This document shows, in pieces, positions 12,825 to 15,164 of a stretch of 15,164 nucleotides of DNA. Position 1 is the first letter of the stretch, and each line of letters begins with the position of its first letter. The position numbers and the translations under genes were made by a program. The notes beneath the pieces are model-generated. The model made no database searches, was not told where the DNA came from, and saw only the letters and a program-made list of their open reading frames with translations. The stretch is from Salpingoeca rosetta (lineage: Eukaryota; Protista; Choanoflagellata), in contig JAWQFM010000007.1 of assembly GCA_033442325.1 (NCBI GenBank), positions 496,048-511,211 of the forward strand. Direction: 5' to 3'.

Positions 12825-14855
12825 TCAATGTTCGTTGTTGGGGTCGAACAACGCGAGCATGTGTGGCGGCAGCTTGCCCACATCTCGCAGTTGTCGCTCG
12901 CGCTCACGAATGCTGAAGTCAAACTGCCCAAGACGGCCAGGCCGCCGCTGTTCCTCCTCTTCAGCACGCAGCCTTGCCGCTTGTTCTTGCTCCCTCGACT
13001 TTACCAGCAGGCGTTGTAACTCCCACTGGCGCTGTGCCTCCGCGCCCGCAACGGAATCGCTCAGGCGCTGCAGAAGCCCAAGGGCTTGCTCCAGCTCTTC
13101 CTCAACCTCAGCTGCAAGCCTGTCAGCTGCAAGCTGGGCGTTGTCGTACATGTCTTCTTCGCCCCGCTGCAGTGCGTCGTCAGACCCTGTTAGCCGGTAG
13201 CCGCGATCTTCGGACTCATTCGCTCGATCTTCATCGAAGTCAGCGTCAGCGAGAGCATCCAAGTCCAACACGTCGTCGTCGCCATCATCATTGCCTGCAC
13301 CTTCAGTGGTGCTGTTGCCTTGCGAGAAGGATCCCATTTGCATGAGCATGTCCAGCTCCGCCTGCTGCTGATCCTCTTCCTCCTCCTCTTCCTCTTCCTC
13401 TTCCTCCTCCTCTTGTTCTTCCTCTTGTTCTTCCTCTTCCTCCTCTTCCCATTCCTCGTCTTCGCTCTCGGTCGGCGTCAGCCCACCGTGCACAGACTCG
13501 TCCTCGCTGTGCAAATCCGACGGCACATGCAGGTAAACCGGCAATGTTGATTGCTGCTGTTGCTCATGGCCCACACCGTGGTGATAGTCCTCATGCACCG
13601 ACTCGTCATCGCTGTACAAGTCGTGCGGCGCATGCAGATAGTCTGGCAGCAGCGAGCGCTGTTGTTGCTGCTCCAACAGCGCCACCACGGCGCCATGGCG
13701 CCGGCGCCGTGCAATGTCGACTGCCAATGCGCCATCTTGGTCCTCAGCGTCAACGTCTGCTCCATATTGCAGCAGCGCACGCGTGCACTCCAGCGATCCA
13801 CCAAAGGCCGCCAGGTGCAGGGGGGTGCGTCCGCGAATGTCAACCGTGTGCACCTCGGCGCATGGCGCAGGTGACAGCAGCAGCAGCGCCGTCTCAACAT
13901 GGCCACCCATGCACGCGCAGTGCAGCGGAAGCCACATGAGCGTGCGGTCCACGCACGTCTTCGACGCACCGTGCTCCAGCAGGAGCCGAACAACCTGAAC
14001 ATGCCCGCGCATGGCAGCAAAGTGCAGCGCAGAGAAGCCCTGGCACTCCACGGCGTCCACCTCAGCTCCGTGCGACAGCAGCCAGCGAACAGCGCTCACA
14101 TGCCCGGCCAACGCGGCGTGGTGGAGCGGGGTGGAGTGGGAGATGGGCGACCGCAGATTCATGGTCGTGTGCTTTGCAAGCTTCTTCAGCACCTGCGTGC
14201 AGCCGTGCTTGGCCGCAAGGTGCACGGCACTCAGTTCGCGGTTGTGGTCGCTTCCGTTGGCCACCGCACCCTTCTCGATCAACGCGCTGATGTGCGAGAT
14301 GCTGTTCTCCACAGCCGCCAGCCGCAGCGCCAAGTTCACGTCCTGCAGCGCAAGCTGATCAACTTGCTGCGGCCCAAAGGAGATGTCGAGGTACCCATGC
14401 GCAACAGGGTTCACGCGCTCCACCACAAACCCAAACGGGTCTGTGACAGGCCCTTCATCAAGCACTTCGCCATCGTGCTCCAACCCTGTCTCGCCATCGC
14501 CAAGGCCAGCCTCATCCAGAATCATCTCAAACTCGCTCGTGTCGTCGGCATTCTGCTCCGGGCCGCTCACGGGCGCGCGGGCCTGTCCGCCCCAGTGCGC
14601 GCTTAGCATGTCAAGCAGAGCGCCAGCGTCAATGAGCAGCAGGTCCAGGAACGCCTTGACCGGTGGGCGGCCAACATCGCTGTCGTCGTAGTCATCGTCC
14701 TCCAATTCGTCAGCGAAATCAGATTCCGAAGAATTTGACGCATTCGAGTCAGCAAGCGTGCCCTCCATGGATTTGTTGGGGATCATGTGCCCAAATGCGC
14801 GGCTGCCCCATGCTGTTGGTCGCCGCGCCCACGTATGCGACTCGGGTAGTACCTC
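12825..14855 (-). CDS. Ankyrin-repeat protein (about 7 repeats) with acidic N- and C-flanks and a C-terminal coiled-coil-like segment; large terminal exon, 5' end uncertain
   Basis: Open frame of about 2 kb with ankyrin consensus blocks SAVHLAAKHGC, TPLHHAALAGHVSAVRWLLSHGAEVD, SALHFAAMRGHVQVVRLLLEHGA, LPLHCACMGGH, GRTPLHLAAFGGSLECTRALLQYGADVDAED. It is preceded by the acceptor ttgactattgcag (exon starts 14855). First in-exon ATG is at 14786. TGA at 12827-12825. Confidence 0.88.
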   Translation of the reverse strand, partial: EVLPESHTWARRPTAWGSRAFGHMIPNKSMEGTLADSNASNSSESDFADELEDDDYDDSDVGRPPVKAFLDLLLIDAGALLDMLSAHWGGQARAPVSGPEQNADDTSEFEMILDEAGLGDGETGLEHDGEVLDEGPVTDPFGFVVERVNPVAHGYLDISFGPQQVDQLALQDVNLALRLAAVENSISHISALIEKGAVANGSDHNRELSAVHLAAKHGCTQVLKKLAKHTTMNLRSPISHSTPLHHAALAGHVSAVRWLLSHGAEVDAVECQGFSALHFAAMRGHVQVVRLLLEHGASKTCVDRTLMWLPLHCACMGGHVETALLLLSPAPCAEVHTVDIRGRTPLHLAAFGGSLECTRALLQYGADVDAEDQDGALAVDIARRRRHGAVVALLEQQQQRSLLPDYLHAPHDLYSDDESVHEDYHHGVGHEQQQQSTLPVYLHVPSDLHSEDESVHGGLTPTESEDEEWEEEEEEEQEEEQEEEEEEEEEEEEEDQQQAELDMLMQMGSFSQGNSTTEGAGNDDGDDDVLDLDALADADFDEDRANESEDRGYRLTGSDDALQRGEEDMYDNAQLAADRLAAEVEEELEQALGLLQRLSDSVAGAEAQRQWELQRLLVKSREQEQAARLRAEEEEQRRPGRLGQFDFSIRERERQLRDVGKLPPHMLALFDPNNEH
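13371..13466 (-). repeat. (GAG/GAA)n coding repeat giving a poly-Glu tract in the ankyrin protein
   Basis: Translation ESEDEEWEEEEEEEQEEEQEEEEEEEEEEEEED. Confidence 0.9.
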
Positions 14856-15050
14856 CTGCAATAGTCAAAGCAGCCCGCAAGCAACAAAAAGCAACGTCAG
14901 CCCACACAACCCATTCGAACAATAATCACACGCAATCACCGCAATGGATGGCATTGCCAGTTCAGCACAACTCGCAAGTGCTGGTCACGACTACGCAGGC
15001 TGAAGACGAAGCACATTGCATAGCAACGCCATTCTCAACCCTTAACCCTC

Positions 15051-15051
<1 letters not shown>

Positions 15052-15121
<70 letters not shown>

Positions 15122-15164
15122 CAACACACACACACACACACGACACAACGACGACGACGACGAC
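15052..15164. repeat. (CA)n followed by (CGA)n microsatellite
   Basis: Direct reading. Confidence 0.9.

Noticed and set aside
15035-15050. AACCCTTAACCCT telomere-like motif
   Set aside because: Only about two imperfect units; compatible with chance.

Overview
Intron-rich eukaryotic genomic DNA full of (CA)n/(TG)n microsatellites. The style suggests a choanoflagellate such as Salpingoeca rosetta, which is an inference only. Five protein-coding genes were reconstructed by hand from GT-AG splice sites. (1) The last 10 exons of the RNA polymerase III largest subunit (RPC1/POLR3A, +). (2) An intronless ORF directly downstream that looks like the bipartite HTH DNA-binding half of an IS630/Tc1/mariner-type transposase with no catalytic domain (+). 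(3) A mitochondrial, bacterial-type tryptophanyl-tRNA synthetase (-) whose HIGH-motif segment is absent from this sequence. (4) Head-to-head with it, a 15-exon FAD-dependent oxidoreductase of the 'N-terminal to SelD' family (GGGHAH / YSGMxPG) with no SelD domain and two possible C-termini (+). (5) After a 597-nt N gap, the large terminal exon of an acidic ankyrin-repeat protein (-). Most supplied ORFs are microsatellite artefacts.
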